From NCBI GenBank assembly GCA_051530055.1, contig CM121341.1, positions 5,930,784 to 5,994,783 of the forward strand: DNA of 64,000 nucleotides. Reading direction: 5' to 3'. Origin of the DNA: Neoechinorhynchus agilis. Taxonomy: Eukaryota > Animalia > Acanthocephala. This document shows positions 51,034-64,000 of this stretch, piece after piece. Position 1 is the stretch's first letter, and each line of letters starts with the position of its first letter. The notes under the pieces are model-generated. The model did not search any database. It saw nothing but the letters and a program-made list of their open reading frames with translations, and was not told where the DNA came from. Both the position numbers and the translations under genes were made by a program.

Positions 51034-53184
51034 ATGGCAACTCGTAATTTGACTGAGATGTTTACCATGTTCCGTGACCGAAGTTCTTATAAGCTATTGG
51101 ACCAGGTTTGTTATTTTCTTCGGCAACTCCTTGGATCGTTCAAAAATTCAGAACTTTGGCTTAGAACCGGGCAGCATTGTTGACAAGGAGAACAACAAAG
51201 AAGTCTTTTTGAAGTGTTGCACCAACACTGAAGATTGGTGAGCTTCACAATCAAAAAGTGTGTTACATTCACTAAAAAAAGAAACTAAGGCACTATTCAT
51301 TTAATCAAACTCAACGCAAATTAGACGAAATCAAATCGATGAGTAAGTTTTCTTTATCTGAAGACTAAGAATAATTCCGAATTAGCACAAAGGCTCACGT
51401 CTCTTCATGCTCAACATATCAGTTGTCCTTCGTTTGAGAACACGTCCGTAAAAGAAAAACAAAACGTCGATCTATTGACTCAAGAAATCACCACGGTCCG
51501 TTCGTCTTTACAAATACATTCAATAGTCTCTGTCAAAGGCGTTTAATGATTGCCGTCAAATGATAGAATCCATGCCTCAAATACAACTATCGTCTCAAAA
51601 GACCAATGGACACCTTAAACTGCTCCACAAAAACTCACAACAATCTCTTCTGTCTCAACTACAATCAATGGCAGAGATGTTCCGGAAATCTCAAGCCAAC
51701 TATCTCCATAGTATGCATTTCGTAGGCCGAGTGGCGTCTTTTAATAGATCGAACCAAATATTTCAAATGTTTTATCCCCTAGGAGACGGACTCTGAAATT
51801 CTGATCAACACATTTCTATCAGTTCGGAAAATGATATTGTTTTTGTACCCCTGAAAACAATGATGAGGTTTTTTTCACCAAATATTTCAAATGTTTTATC
51901 CCCTAGGAGACGGACTCTGAAATTCTGATCAACACATTTCTATCAGTTCGGAAAATGATATTGTTTTTGTACCCCTGAAAACAACGATGAGGTTTTTTTC
52001 ACTAAATATTTCAAATGTTTTATCCCCTAGGAGACGGACTCTGAAATTCTGATCAACACATTTCTATCAGTTCGGAAAATGATATTGTTTTTGTACCCCT
52101 GAAAACAACGATGAGGTTTTTTTCACTAAATATTTCAAATGTTTTATCCCCTAGGAGGCGGACTCTGAAATTCTGATCAACACATTTCTATCAGTTCGGA
52201 AAATGATATTGTTTTTGTACCCCTGAAAACAACGATGAGGTTTTTTTTCACTAAATATTTCAAATGTTTTATCCCCTAGGAGGCGGACTCTGAAATTCTG
52301 ATCAACACATTTCTATCAGTTCGGAAAATGATTTTCTCAATGATATTGTTTTTGTTGAAATATTTCACGAATGCGGACAATTTCGTCGGTCGCTAAATCA
52401 TGGGAAACTAAATACTGCCCTTTAGTATACGAGTGTTTATTTTTAATCTGGATGAAAATAGTCATTAGGCGTCGATTGAATGTGTTCAATCACCAATGAA
52501 TCCTTGAAGACTGCACAGTATTTTCACGATTTGACTTTAATTACAAATCGGAAAACATGTAGAATTGTTTTTTTTGTACGTTGAAATCTCAAGGAGATGA
52601 ATTGCGCTGAATTGAATGTTGGTAGAACTCTATAAAGTGAGCTCAAACCAGTTCATAAGTGCTCGGAATAAAAATGACTATATTTTTAAATTAAACTTTA
52701 TGATCTCAATTTTAACCATTTAATCTCTTTCATTTTGTAGGAATCCGTCAACGGGAGGAAGTTTACGCCCCTTTTGAAATTCGAATAGAGGATGGATCGG
52801 AAAACATGAAACATATTCGTAAAGGCACTCTGATTGACATGAGAGAACTACATGAGCTTGAGCAGCGGGAAAAGGACATCAAATTGATAATGGATTCTAT
52901 AGTAGAAATAAATCAGGTCTTTAAAGACGTTGCTATGTTAATCAATGACCAGGTAATCAATTAATTTTTAAAGTACATGAATTCAATCGAATTTAAAGGT
53001 TAACCACATCGATCGAATAGACTATAACCTGGAGCAAACACAAATTGAAATTAACGAAGGTTTAGTGTATCTTGAACAGGCTGAAAATGAACACCGCAAA
53101 CACCGAAAGTTATATGTTGTCGTGGCCGCCTCTTCGGTAGTGATTCTGCTCATTATTATACTTTCTCTGTTCCTAAGAAACTGA
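51034..53184 (+). CDS. STX16: Syntaxin-16 (Qa-SNARE), multi-exon
   Basis: N-peptide MATRNLTEMFTMFRDRS, FRKSQANYLHR, SNARE motif EQREKDIKLIMDSIVEINQVFKDVAMLINDQ|VNHIDRIDYNLEQ and a C-terminal TM helix. Confidence 0.9.
51755..52332. repeat. 124-bp tandem repeat, about 4.6 copies, in a STX16 intron
   Basis: AGGAG(A/G)CGGACTCTG at 51781, 51905, 52029, 52153 and 52278. Confidence 0.96.
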
Positions 53185-54621
53185 AACGGTTTTTATAACA
53201 CTTCCTCACATATCGGCATGTTTCCTGGCAGAATAGCCACACGGATGATGAACAAAACGGATTTCGTTGTGCTTGTATTTGGCAATGTTATCCACTACTT
53301 CATTCCATTGCACATTCTCGCTGCTGAAAAAGATTATCTGCACCATGTTTCTCAAGTTTTTTAGATAGCTTAATCAATAGCGGATTGCTTTTTGTAGCGC
53401 CAGCATTTCCAGCCTCGATGCAAAATGTGACGATCAGGTTGCAAGATTTCTTGTTTATTTGAAGAGGAAGGTTCAGGCAGCATTAAAAGAGAAGACATTT
53501 CACGAAGGAGCAGTCGTCTCAACTCTTTTCTTGTGTATAAGTTCATCATTCAGCTAATAATCATCGAGAAAAAATCATTCGGAATGATAGAATTGGAGTT
53601 CTGATCCTGGAGTCACAGAATACAACCAAAACCCTTTTTTAGATTATGACCGTCAGAACTTTGATAACATATCGTTTGAATGGTTCCTCGGAACTTTACG
53701 AATTCGTTTATTACTCATCTTGTTGTTTTTCGCGGTTTGATGTGGGCTCCATATCGTAAAAACAAGCTCATAGCAATCTACGTTTTTTTCGGTGTCCAAA
53801 TTCTTAGCTAATCCAAAAAAATATCCGGATAACTATATCCTGAGCTGCTTTTGACAAACACCTTGGAATTGCTTTACTCGTCGGAAGGTTTGAGCACTCA
53901 TTGATGATTCACGTTTGTCATTACAGACGTACGAGAGATACGCATACCGCCGAATACGGAGTACATTTTGTAGCATGCTCCGTAATCGTTTCTCTCATTC
54001 CACCACTGCCTCTGAATAGCTTAGATTAAAAAAAAGGAACTCAACTGTGAAATGAAAATTCAACTAGACATTACTTTTATGAGTGTGTTTAATTTTTTGA
54101 GAGAAAAAGAAGCAAATTTCTCTATGATTTTGTGTTTAAACTCATTGTTCTTATGTTAAATGGAGGCATGGAAACTGTCGTCGACGACGTTGCAACTTTG
54201 TCGAGATCCGTCTCACCAAGTCTCTCTCACACCCAAAATGAGAGCTCTATTTCGCCAGTCTTTTTTTTAATGCCGGTTCCAACATACGGCCAAAATCGTC
54301 TATTTTGGAATCAATTGACAATATGATTTTTTTAATTTAGTGCCATCTCCTCGGCTACTATGGTGGATACTCAAACGTTCCCTATTATTCCGTTCAGAAA
54401 GTTTTGGTCATCGAATCCTAAAACGACACTAATCAAAGCAAATGTAGCTCACTATTTGTCTTAATGAGCGCACCATCGCAAAAAACATTAACCTAAGACT
54501 GTTTTGTGAGCTATCAATCTTTTGAAAGGACGAAATTAGCTCTCGAACTTTTAATCATTGAGGTATCGATATTTGACGATTGGTATAGAAAGTGTGTTAT
54601 TTAGAAGTATTTGCCCGCTAA

Positions 54622-54743
54622 AGCATTTTTTGCACAAAGACGTTCTGCAAACCTAGTCGGGTTCATCGTCAGTTTGTTATTAAACGACGCCAACAACCTG
54701 ATGAAGACGATGTTCGCAAAACGTCTTTAGTGCAAAAAATGCT
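54622..54743. repeat. About 120-bp imperfect hairpin / MITE-like element
   Basis: AGCATTTTTTGCACAAAGACGTT ... AACGTCTTTAGTGCAAAAAATGCT. Confidence 0.6.
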
Positions 54744-55787
54744 CTACCATGCAAAGACTTGTAATCATTGAGCATTTCTACATGATTACTGGGCGGTTGC
54801 ATTGTTTATTTTTTGGAACATAACTCGACCAAGTAAATGCTTTTCATGAAAAATTTTTTTGGAAGGAAGAGAAAGCTTTCGGTCGTCAGTCACTGTTATT
54901 ATGAGTTTTATAAAGTAGGCAGAAAACAAACGATCGACTCTACCGTTATCGTTTCGCATCCATAATTTCTATATAAATTAAGCTCGTTTAAAGTCATGAC
55001 TTAAAGTGTCAACTTCATCGATCGTCACGGCGATTGCTTCTAACGGTTAAATCATAATTCTTGTACATATTCAACTAGATTCAAATGTTTAAATGCTAAT
55101 TTTATGTGACTTTGTGCTCCTAAGTTTTATGTTTTCTATAACAATATTTGTTTTTAATTAGCAAAAAAAATCACTAGGAATTATTAGAGTTCCATGGTCC
55201 CAATCAAGCTTCTTGTGTCGACCGGTACCCCTTATAATTTGATCTTCACGAAAAAAATGTCTGATTGATCAGATTGAAACCTTAAAGACGTCGGGAATCT
55301 TTAATGGGATATCTTATACTTTAAAAACTTTATTCCAGCTCACTTCATTCACTAACGTTCGTTTAGAGCTTTTTAATCCATTTGATATTTATTAAAAATA
55401 GAACTAAATAACAATGTTTGAAGTTTTTGATGTAGTTATTCGTTGGAGAAGGACTGTTTGATTTTATTTTGCAACCGACATGGTTTCGCTGGTAATTCCA
55501 TGAAGATTAGGGTTATTTTTCTTAATTCGATTAATGCGCTACTACACTTTGGAACGCGAGCACCGGATCACTGGAAGCGATATTTTTCAGAAGATCAGAA
55601 GTATTCAACTTCAACTCAGCGTCATTGGAGCATTTCTGCGACCTCAATCGCTTGAATGAAGTATGTTAAATTTGTTCAGGAGAGTGTTTGTTGGTTTTGC
55701 AAGCAGAAAAGGTCACGCGCAAAACGCCCTTCTACTATTTTAAGTACTTCATATTTAGAGTTTGTGATTTTTCTGTTCCAGCGATAG

Positions 55788-58700
55788 ATGACTAGGAATG
55801 GCCCAGTGCTTTTTACATCGATGAGTCTCCTAGATTTTCGCAATTTGGGTGAGTACCGAAGATTAAGTATATAAGCTGCACTATTTCGCCCTTCTTCGGG
55901 ACCAAATTGCTTTCTTCAAGACGATGCTCAGTCATTGAACACAGTCATTTTATCAAACGTTGTTGCATACGCTGTGTGCTCATATCAGCTTGCTCAAAAC
56001 ACTCACACCTCTAACTCCTAGACGTAAAACGATTTCGCGGGATCTCTTCACTTTAGATCAATCTATTTTCTACAAATCCAATATCGATTACGTGTAAATT
56101 CATTGCCGAAAGTTTATGTTGATGGCAGTGACGGTCACACACATTACTCCTCTAGTGTGAGTTGTAATTCCTAGTCATTATTTTAGTTAACTGAAGAATA
56201 GATTTCCTTCTGAGGATGAAGAATCAACTATTAGGATTGAGGACAGCGAGAGGCGACGATCTTCAACTCAGCGAGATGTAGAAAGGTTGATGAATACCGT
56301 TTTTTTAGAATGCGTGGGTTATCATCAATCTCTCCGGCGTAAAGGATGGCGGAATTAGCAGTCTGGTTATCGGTCTCCAAGGAATTACCGAGTTCATGAG
56401 TGGCGTTGGGAGTAAACTCAAGCGATATGACCCCTTAGTATATCCCGATAACTCATTTGAAGACGTTGTTGATTTTACCAATCAACAACTGATCGGCGTA
56501 TCTTCGCTTCCAATAACGCATCTGCAAGCACCCGTTCGCCTGTCGTTTCTACCGAATGTTCCAATAGAATGCAAGGTTATTAAAGCCGAACCCATCGGGA
56601 ACTACACTGATATGGACTTTATGAGCTCGTATATGTGCGTATTAAGCATCTTCAATCCCCTTTTGTGCTTAAGCAAAACACTTAGATATACAATTCGACT
56701 AAAACACGGAAAATTCGTATGGGAAATCGAAAAACGGTACAGGCAGTTCTACCATCTTCACAAACTGCTTTCCAAATACATTACGACATTCATGCGAAGA
56801 TCAATTTCGGATGTCCTAAGTGGCAGCAATCCTGATAGTATGGACATTCCCAAATTACCTCTACCCAACGATCTCATCGCTAAACTTAATTCTGATAATA
56901 TCGGATATCGAGCCGTAAGACTATCTCTTTCTATCTTTATAGAAAAACATTTTAGGTGGCACTCGAAGATTATCTTAACCACATTCTTAGATATCCCAAG
57001 TTCAGAAACCACGATGCCACCGTACATATATATTAGCCTTTTCTTTATTTTGACCTCAACTCTTCTAATATAGAAAGAGTTTCTCGAAGTATCTGTCTTA
57101 TCATTTATTGGTGAACTTGGACCGCGGTTCAAAGAAGGTTTACTTAAGAAACGTTCAATGGATGACGTGAAAGGAAAACGGTTTTACAATTGGATTCCGT
57201 TCTTTTTCGATTGTTGCAAATTCCAGAGGGTGTCCAAGTGAGTGTATTTATTAGGCGGCATTCTATTGCTATTCAAATTTAGGTGGTTTGCCGTTAAAGA
57301 TTCCTACATTTGTTATATAAGACCCGAGACCCAGGAGCTTGCGTTTCCTATCTTATTCGATCATGGGTTCTCGTGTAATCCATTATTGCGACACACAGCC
57401 ACTCTAAAAATCACGAATCTTCAAAAGTAGTCCAATGTACCTGTGATATTCACCTCAAAAATGATTCGTTTAGAAAATTGTATTTAAAAGCCGCAAATGA
57501 TCGGCAGGTTCACAGTTGGGTCAGGGCGATCGAGGAAGCAATGTCCCATTCGACATCGTTTCTTCACAAATCGAGATTCAATTCGTTCGCTCCAGTTAGG
57601 AAGTCATGTCGCGCCAAATGGTAAACTACATGAAAACAAATATCCATCATGTATTTTATCGTAGGTTTATAAATGGACGTGATTATATGCATACTTTGGC
57701 TGATGCGATTGAGCGGGCCAAGGAGGAAATCTATATAACTGATTGGTGGCTTAGTCCTGAAATTTATCTGCGACGACCGATGAAGAAGGGAGATAAATCT
57801 AATCGGCTGGACCATCTCATTGCTAAGAAAGCTGTGAGTTTTTCCTCTCCTGGTTTATTAGGTCAATCGGCTTAAAATAGAATGAAGGAGTTCGCGTATA
57901 CATTCTGGTTTTCCAAGAACTAAAACTAGCTTTATCGTTGGACAGTCTTCATTCCAAACAACAAATGCGAGCGAAAAATCCTCAATTTATTAAAGTATGA
58001 GCGAAATCGTGCTTCTCTTTCCGTCTTTTCCGAGAAGGTTCATATAGGTTATCCGTCATCCGAACCACGTTGCCGCTACTCTAATGTGGTCCCATCACGA
58101 AAAGACCGTTGTTATCGATCAAAAGATTGCGTTTGTTGGTGGAATTGATCTATGTTTTGGACGATGGGATGATGAAAAGTATCGTCTTATTGATTTGGGA
58201 GCGCGAGATGTTGCCGAAACTCCACGGATATACATACGACCTCAATCGATTCCAGCAAACGCATTTATGAAAATATCTCATGGAGAAAGTGGAGATGATG
58301 GATCACCTCAACTGCTCATATTCCCACAGCGAATTCCAGGACAAAATATAGCACTCACAATGCTTTCTCCATTGAGCACAGTTCCTGACAATGAACTCAA
58401 GTCTGATCGATCGGGAGTAAGACAAAGTCTGGGTCACATGCTCCATACAATCCAACGAGGCCATCAACATCACGATTCCGGCCCTTATCAGACTTCGTAC
58501 TCATCTGCGCCTGCATCGGCATCATCCGGAAACATTGGACAATCTTTAAGTAAACACGAGAAGGTTGTAAGGAAGTGGCAAGCGATGAAAAAAGCAGTTC
58601 AGACTAAGGACGCCTCGGACGGACAAGAAGATTCTGATGATGAAGCCGAGATGCAGCGAGACGCAAAGCAAGAAGAGGAAATCAAGGCCGCAGAGATTGA

Positions 58701-60878
58701 ATACGACGAAAAAGGTGGTGCTGAGATGCACTTGTGGCCAGGAAAGGATTATAATAATCCATACCATAAGGATTTCATGGAAGTCAAAAAGTTTTTTGAA
58801 GGTTCGTTTAATGCGCGACTGTAGTTACAATTTCAAACTATTAGATAATGTGGACCGAAATGTGATCCAGAGAATGCCATGGCACGACGAGGCTGCCGTC
58901 GTTTTAGGTGAAGCAGCTCTGGACGTTGCCAGGCATTTTATACAACGTTGGAATGACGCTAAACGCGCTAAACATCGGCTCAATCGGGAGTATAGCTATC
59001 TCTTGCCAAAGAGTTATGGCCATGATTGCCATCCGGACGACAGTTGGATCACTAATGTTCACGACGTCGATGTCCAGGTTTCTAGAAAGAACGTTCAAAC
59101 TCACAAATTCACTAGAGTTTGTAGGTACTTAGATCTGTGAGCAATTGGTCGGCTGGTATATCGATAATCGAATCGTCAATAATGACTGCATATTGTGATC
59201 TCATAAAGTCTGCTAATCATTATGTATTTATGGAAGTAAGTTTATCTCAGTTTAAGTCGCCTTATTAATAATGAAGTAGAATCAATTCTTCATCACTTCA
59301 ACGTCTCAGTCGGATGTGGTCAAAAACGGCATTGGGAGTGCCATATACGACCGAATAATGCGTGCCCATTGGTAAATTTTAGTAGACACACACACAGTCC
59401 ATGATTTTGATAGCCTTCTAGGAATGGCGAGAATTTCCGAGTGTATATTGTGCTCCCACTTCTTCCTGGATTTGACGGGATGGAAGCCATTAAAGCCGTT
59501 CAACACTTCACAATGAGGTCGATCGTTAGCGGAGAAAATTGCCTGTTCAGAAGGCTACAGACAGAAGGTATTTGTAGATGCTTTTAATTTTTTGTAAGAG
59601 CTGTACAATTTGAGCTACTGGGTTTTTTTTCGCATAGTTAAATTATAACAAGAACCTCGAATTCATTTCTTCTTACAACTTTTCCAATCTATAAAGGTCC
59701 GATGAGGGTGGCCATCTTTATCCTCCATTACCTTGAGGATCCATACAGTATTTCCTTTCTGAATAACTGATTATCTGATAACAATAGTTGGTTGCCCTTT
59801 TGCGACCAACCAAAAATGATTTTTTAATATCTCCAAAATATTATAGAAGACCTTCTATTTGAAGTTCTTTACCAGTGAGATGGGCGGTCTTCATTTGCCG
59901 ACTGTCGTAAATGCCAAAGACTTTTCAAGTGTTTTAAAATGCATAGTACATCAAGGGGACTATTTCGTGAACCTCAGCTAAAACTTTTTGAGCCATGGTA
60001 TTATGTAGTTTACAAAATAGTATTCAAACGATATGTAATTTTTTAATCTTGACATTAATTATCGAACGGTGCGATTTCCTCGGATTAAAAGGATTGGTCT
60101 TGAATTTTTACAGGTGGAGTAGATGATCCTCAAAAGTACATTCATTTCTTCGGTATGAGGAACTACGACATATTGAATGGAAATCTTGTATGTATTTCAA
60201 CTAACTTTTCTAGCATTTGTTGAGAATTCGGTTTTCTTTTTAGGTTTCTGAAATTATTTACGTTCATTCCAAGCTGATGATCGTCGATGACCGCCGTGCG
60301 ATTGTCGGTTCGGCCAACATAAACGACAGATCATTGTTAGGATTTAGAGACAGTGAAATGGCTCTGCTTATTGAAGACAAGACACTGATTCCTGGGCGAA
60401 TGAACGGGAAACCTGCGAAAGTCGGTCCATTTTGCTCATCATGGAGGCGCACGCTGTTCGAGCAGCTCCTTGGCGTTGGCACCAAGTCTTATCAGACTCC
60501 GATCGATTTACTGGATCCTTGCACTGATGAGTTTTTTAATACAATGAAATCGATTTCGCGAAAAAACACGGATATTTATCTGAAAGTGTTCGGTTGTTTA
60601 CCGAACGATGAAGTTCGGAATTTCGAGGAACTAAAAAAGTGGACCGCTCAGAAATATATCTCTCAGACGAATCCACAAGAGGTTGTAACTGTTAAATGGG
60701 TTGAGGATTGTGATCATCTGAGAATCTTTAACAAAACTTTGTTTAGGGTTTACAAATGCTGCAAGAAAATATTCAGGGATATGTTGTAGATTTACCGCTG
60801 TATTTTATTTTTGATGAGAACTATTATCCACTCAATAAAACAAAGGAAGGCCTGGCACCATATATTATGTGGACGTGA
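55788..60878 (+). CDS. PLD1: Phospholipase D (PLD1/2 type: PX, PH, two HKD motifs), multi-exon; start tentative
   Basis: PX-like [36 protein letters not shown]1 [30 protein letters not shown]2 [25 protein letters not shown] and conserved C-terminus ...APYIMWT-stop. Confidence 0.92.
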
Positions 60879-61374
60879 AGTTTGAAAGGAATTTTGAAAC
60901 GGTACTTTTCTGATTATTTTTATAAATCAGATACCTAATGAATTATGTGGTCGTGATGGGGAGCGGGGGAATTGGGTGATCAATAACGAAAGGTAAAACA
61001 CGAGATTTAAAGTTGAAGTTTAAGTATCCACATTATCGCGCAAGAAATTTAATGCCTCAATTCTTAAGTTAAAACTACATTCAAAATCATTGATTCTGTT
61101 TTCCATGGAAACATAGAAGGAACTTTTTACAGAAATCAAACGAACTAATTCAACTGATCTTGAAACATACATCATTTTCATTCATTTTAGAGGAATGTTG
61201 CATTTTTTAAGGTTCCTACTTTAAGACTCGTTGTGGTGAAAATTCCATATAAGCCAAACGTCTTCGGAATGCTAGTCATAATGTGAATATTTGTCATAAA
61301 ATTAGCTTTGAAATTTCTGTTACCATAGATGCAGGTGATTGGAACAAAAAAATCATTTTAAACAGCACATCATA

Positions 61375-62539
61375 ATGCATTCAATGTCAAAGCACTCTCA
61401 CATCACCAACCAAGGTTTATCCGCGGTGTTTAACTGGCTCAAAATATCAAGCAAGGAGAGCATCTCGGATGTTGAAATAAAAGGAGAATGTCCGCAAATT
61501 ATGACTGAGATCTACATCCACGAATATGACCATGGAACGCTCGCTGAGAGTATCCTCGCTGTATTCAAATTGAACAAACCGCATTATTGCGTCTGTATCT
61601 ACAATCACGAATTCGGAGTCTTCTTTCATCCGTTCGGTCTGACCGGGGCTTACATGTGCGAAGCAAGGCAAAATCGATTTGATGGCTTCTTAAGTCTAAG
61701 GAAACGCCACTATATCGGAAAAACTGATTTGCCGTTTGAAGATATATGCAAAATCGCTAAAACGATCCAGGAAGGATTCGGCGGTCAGTACCGAGACTCC
61801 CTTAGATTTTGTCGAGCGTTTTTGGTTCGTATTAGCATGCATTGGACCGAGCAAGACGAGTTCTCTAAGATTTGTAAATCGGCGATGATTCCTCTCGATC
61901 TTGACTTCATGGAAACAGCGTCGATGAGTTAACGGTCTGGAGGATCCATGGATTCCTTCCTTTTGTTGTTGCCTTCCTTGCATTGAATTCTCCGAGGAAA
62001 GACTCATAGTCTTACCTTGTCTTCGTTATATGTTCGCCAAGCATCAAGGCGACGTGGAATCCATTCTTTATGAGTTGAACGTTGTAGATCCGCTCGTTAT
62101 AAGGCGCCTTCATCGGGATCTAAAAAAGATATCTAAGGGCAAACAGGATGTTTCATTAACCTCAAAGCTTAATTTAGCAGAAGCACGACTTCCCAGTTAT
62201 GTGCGACCGTCCTCGCAATTAGTTTCTATGGGAGAACTCATTGAAATGTACTATCTCGTGACCAACGATGCGATTTGGGACTTCGCATACAAACAAACTA
62301 ATATTGATTTTGTCAGTAAGGATAGTCTCGACAGCGAAAAATCGACTGCTTTCAATTCTCGATTAGGATCTCCGCGATCAAAAAAGGGGCTATATCCTGG
62401 TCGTTGCATAATGAAGTGCTGTATACCGATTGTAAAAACAATCAAGGGGAAACGAAAGTTTAATATAGCAACTTTCAAGTCAGGACGCCGACGGAGACAT
62501 TATTTGCACAATCATTCACAATCATCATCTAAGAGATAA
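61375..62539 (+). CDS. Divergent PPPDE/DeSI-family peptidase, paralog B (2 exons, 82-nt intron 61928-62009)
   Basis: Same core as paralog A. ATG A|gttaac...ctcatag|TC TTA joins give ...METASMILPCLRYMFAKHQ. Confidence 0.65.
61505..62118. repeat. 614-bp inverted duplication, arm B (partner 42760-43373)
   Basis: Reverse complement of 42760-43373. Confidence 0.95.
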
Positions 62540-63689
62540 TACGAATGTCAACATAAGCTATCCAATAAACCATTCCTCCTAATCTTATCGATTAATCCAC
62601 ATTACGCTTAAAACGTTGCTGCTCGCCACTAATATTAGTCTCTCGAAAGTTTTCTAAGCTTAAAGTAGCCAAATTAAGGCTACTTGGAAACTTATACTGG
62701 TGAACCCATTGTAATTTATCTTGTGATTTGAAAGCATGAACTTTTTTTAGTTAGAAGCATTCTCTTTTGTGCAAAAAAAACATACTTCAATTACCCAAAG
62801 GTACAAAGGATCCAAAGAAGGTACATTTGTTAAACAATAAACATGTTATTATTATTCATTCCATGTAATTGAACGAAAACTACCTTAAAACGTTAAATTT
62901 GAACGATATTTTGTTCTCTTTGTTTCTAATTTTATTAGTCATCAGCCAATTATGTTTCTCGAATCTTTATTCGTCCAAAATGAACTAACTACAAATTCTA
63001 CACACAAAGTCAAATAAGCTAGATGGTTTTTTTTGTAAACTTGACCAATGCGTTTGACAGGATAATGCACGATTTATTCGGAAAAGGAAACACGAATATG
63101 GTAGACAAGAGCACTCATTCGCAAAGGATCAATTGAAATTCAGCGAGAATCTGAAGTATCGATCCATTTTTCTCACATTGCTGCAGCCAATGCTCAAGAA
63201 TAAGGAAGAGAATGGAAAGCACCCCTGGGAGCTTTGAAGCCGATACCGAATTTTAGGAATCCAGAGTGTTGATTTTATTTATATTGTTCTAAAGAGTATT
63301 AATTCCAAGGTGCCATTTTTTTATCTGAATCTATATATTTTTTTTATTTGGACAAACATTACTATTGCGTGATAGGATTATTTATTAAGCATTTACATTT
63401 AGACTACTTTCATGTACTGATTGGTTGTTCCTTGAGAATAGCTCTTGAAAACGAAATTTATGCCACTTTTAAGTCTCATTAGAATTTTTCAAACGTATCT
63501 TGTGGCCCTTTAAGGCTCGTAAAATTGAAAAAATCACAAAAGACAACATTTTATTATCCAAGTCAAAGAGTTTATTTGGACAACTGAAACTTGGACTTTA
63601 AATGACTTAAAATTAGATCCCAAGCTTTGTCCTAAAATCCAACATCCTTAAGAAGATAAATCTTAATCATCAACACTAACCGGAATTTG

Positions 63690-63845
63690 GTAAAGGAATG
63701 ATAGCAATAATCCCGTTACCAAGGTGATCACAAATGACAGGATCAATTGCTTCTTGTGATGGCGGAGGACGACATACCGAAATGTTCTAATTGGCGTTGA
63801 GAACCAAGAAAACGACGTCATTGGTCGACTAAAGACGGGCATAAT
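63690..63845 (-). CDS. Possible exon of a membrane protein
   Basis: Acceptor-like ttttcag followed by MPVFSRPMTSFSWFSTPIRTFRYVVLRHHKKQLILSFVITLVTGLLLSFLYQIP, which has one hydrophobic helix. Family not established. Confidence 0.25.
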
Positions 63846-64000
63846 TAAGCGCTGAAAACGAGATTTTATTAACTTTGGTTGATGGAGAACAGGATTGATG
63901 TTTGGATCTTCACGGCCTTTTCCTACAGGCCTACTTTTTATTTCGTTCTCACCGACGATGGAAAACTCAGCCTCTATAGTACCCTATAAGTTGAGAAAAG

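Noticed and set aside
61915-62030. Programmed +1 frameshift at AGT-TAA joining the PPPDE and MFAKHQG ORFs
   Set aside because: An 82-nt GT-AG intron (61928-62009) with a pyrimidine tract restores frame and gives a DeSI2-like junction sequence.

Overview
Gene-dense, AT-rich eukaryotic DNA with tiny introns (measured examples 46, 50 and 82 nt). It is probably from a compact-genome metazoan; the taxon cannot be fixed from sequence alone. Recognisable spliced genes, in order: MCM4 (3' end), SMARCAL1, ERCC8/CSA, PRP4 kinase, SIRT2, beta-hexosaminidase, BOP1, selenocysteine lyase, an NCS-type EF-hand protein, a PACRG-family protein, tRNA-His(GTG), GRHPR, a claudin-like protein, BRAP, syntaxin-16 and phospholipase D. 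About 14 kb (about 22%) is six unrelated tandem arrays with units of about 340, 166, 85, 205, 442 and 124 bp. There are also several foldback/hairpin elements, CRE- and RTE-type retrotransposon remnants, a tRNA-derived SINE-like element and a truncated twister ribozyme. Most striking: (1) a 14-copy array of the start-codon exon of PRP4 kinase, where only the last copy keeps the downstream splice acceptor, echoed by a 3-copy array of GRHPR 5' exons; (2) two pairs of diverged, inverted paralogs that each share one identical tract (918 bp and 614 bp), suggesting gene conversion or invertible segments; (3) a TIR-bounded composite carrying two retrotransposon fragments and the twister core. All exon structures were inferred by eye. 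Homopolymer indels within the arrays suggest long-read error, so copy numbers need read-level confirmation.
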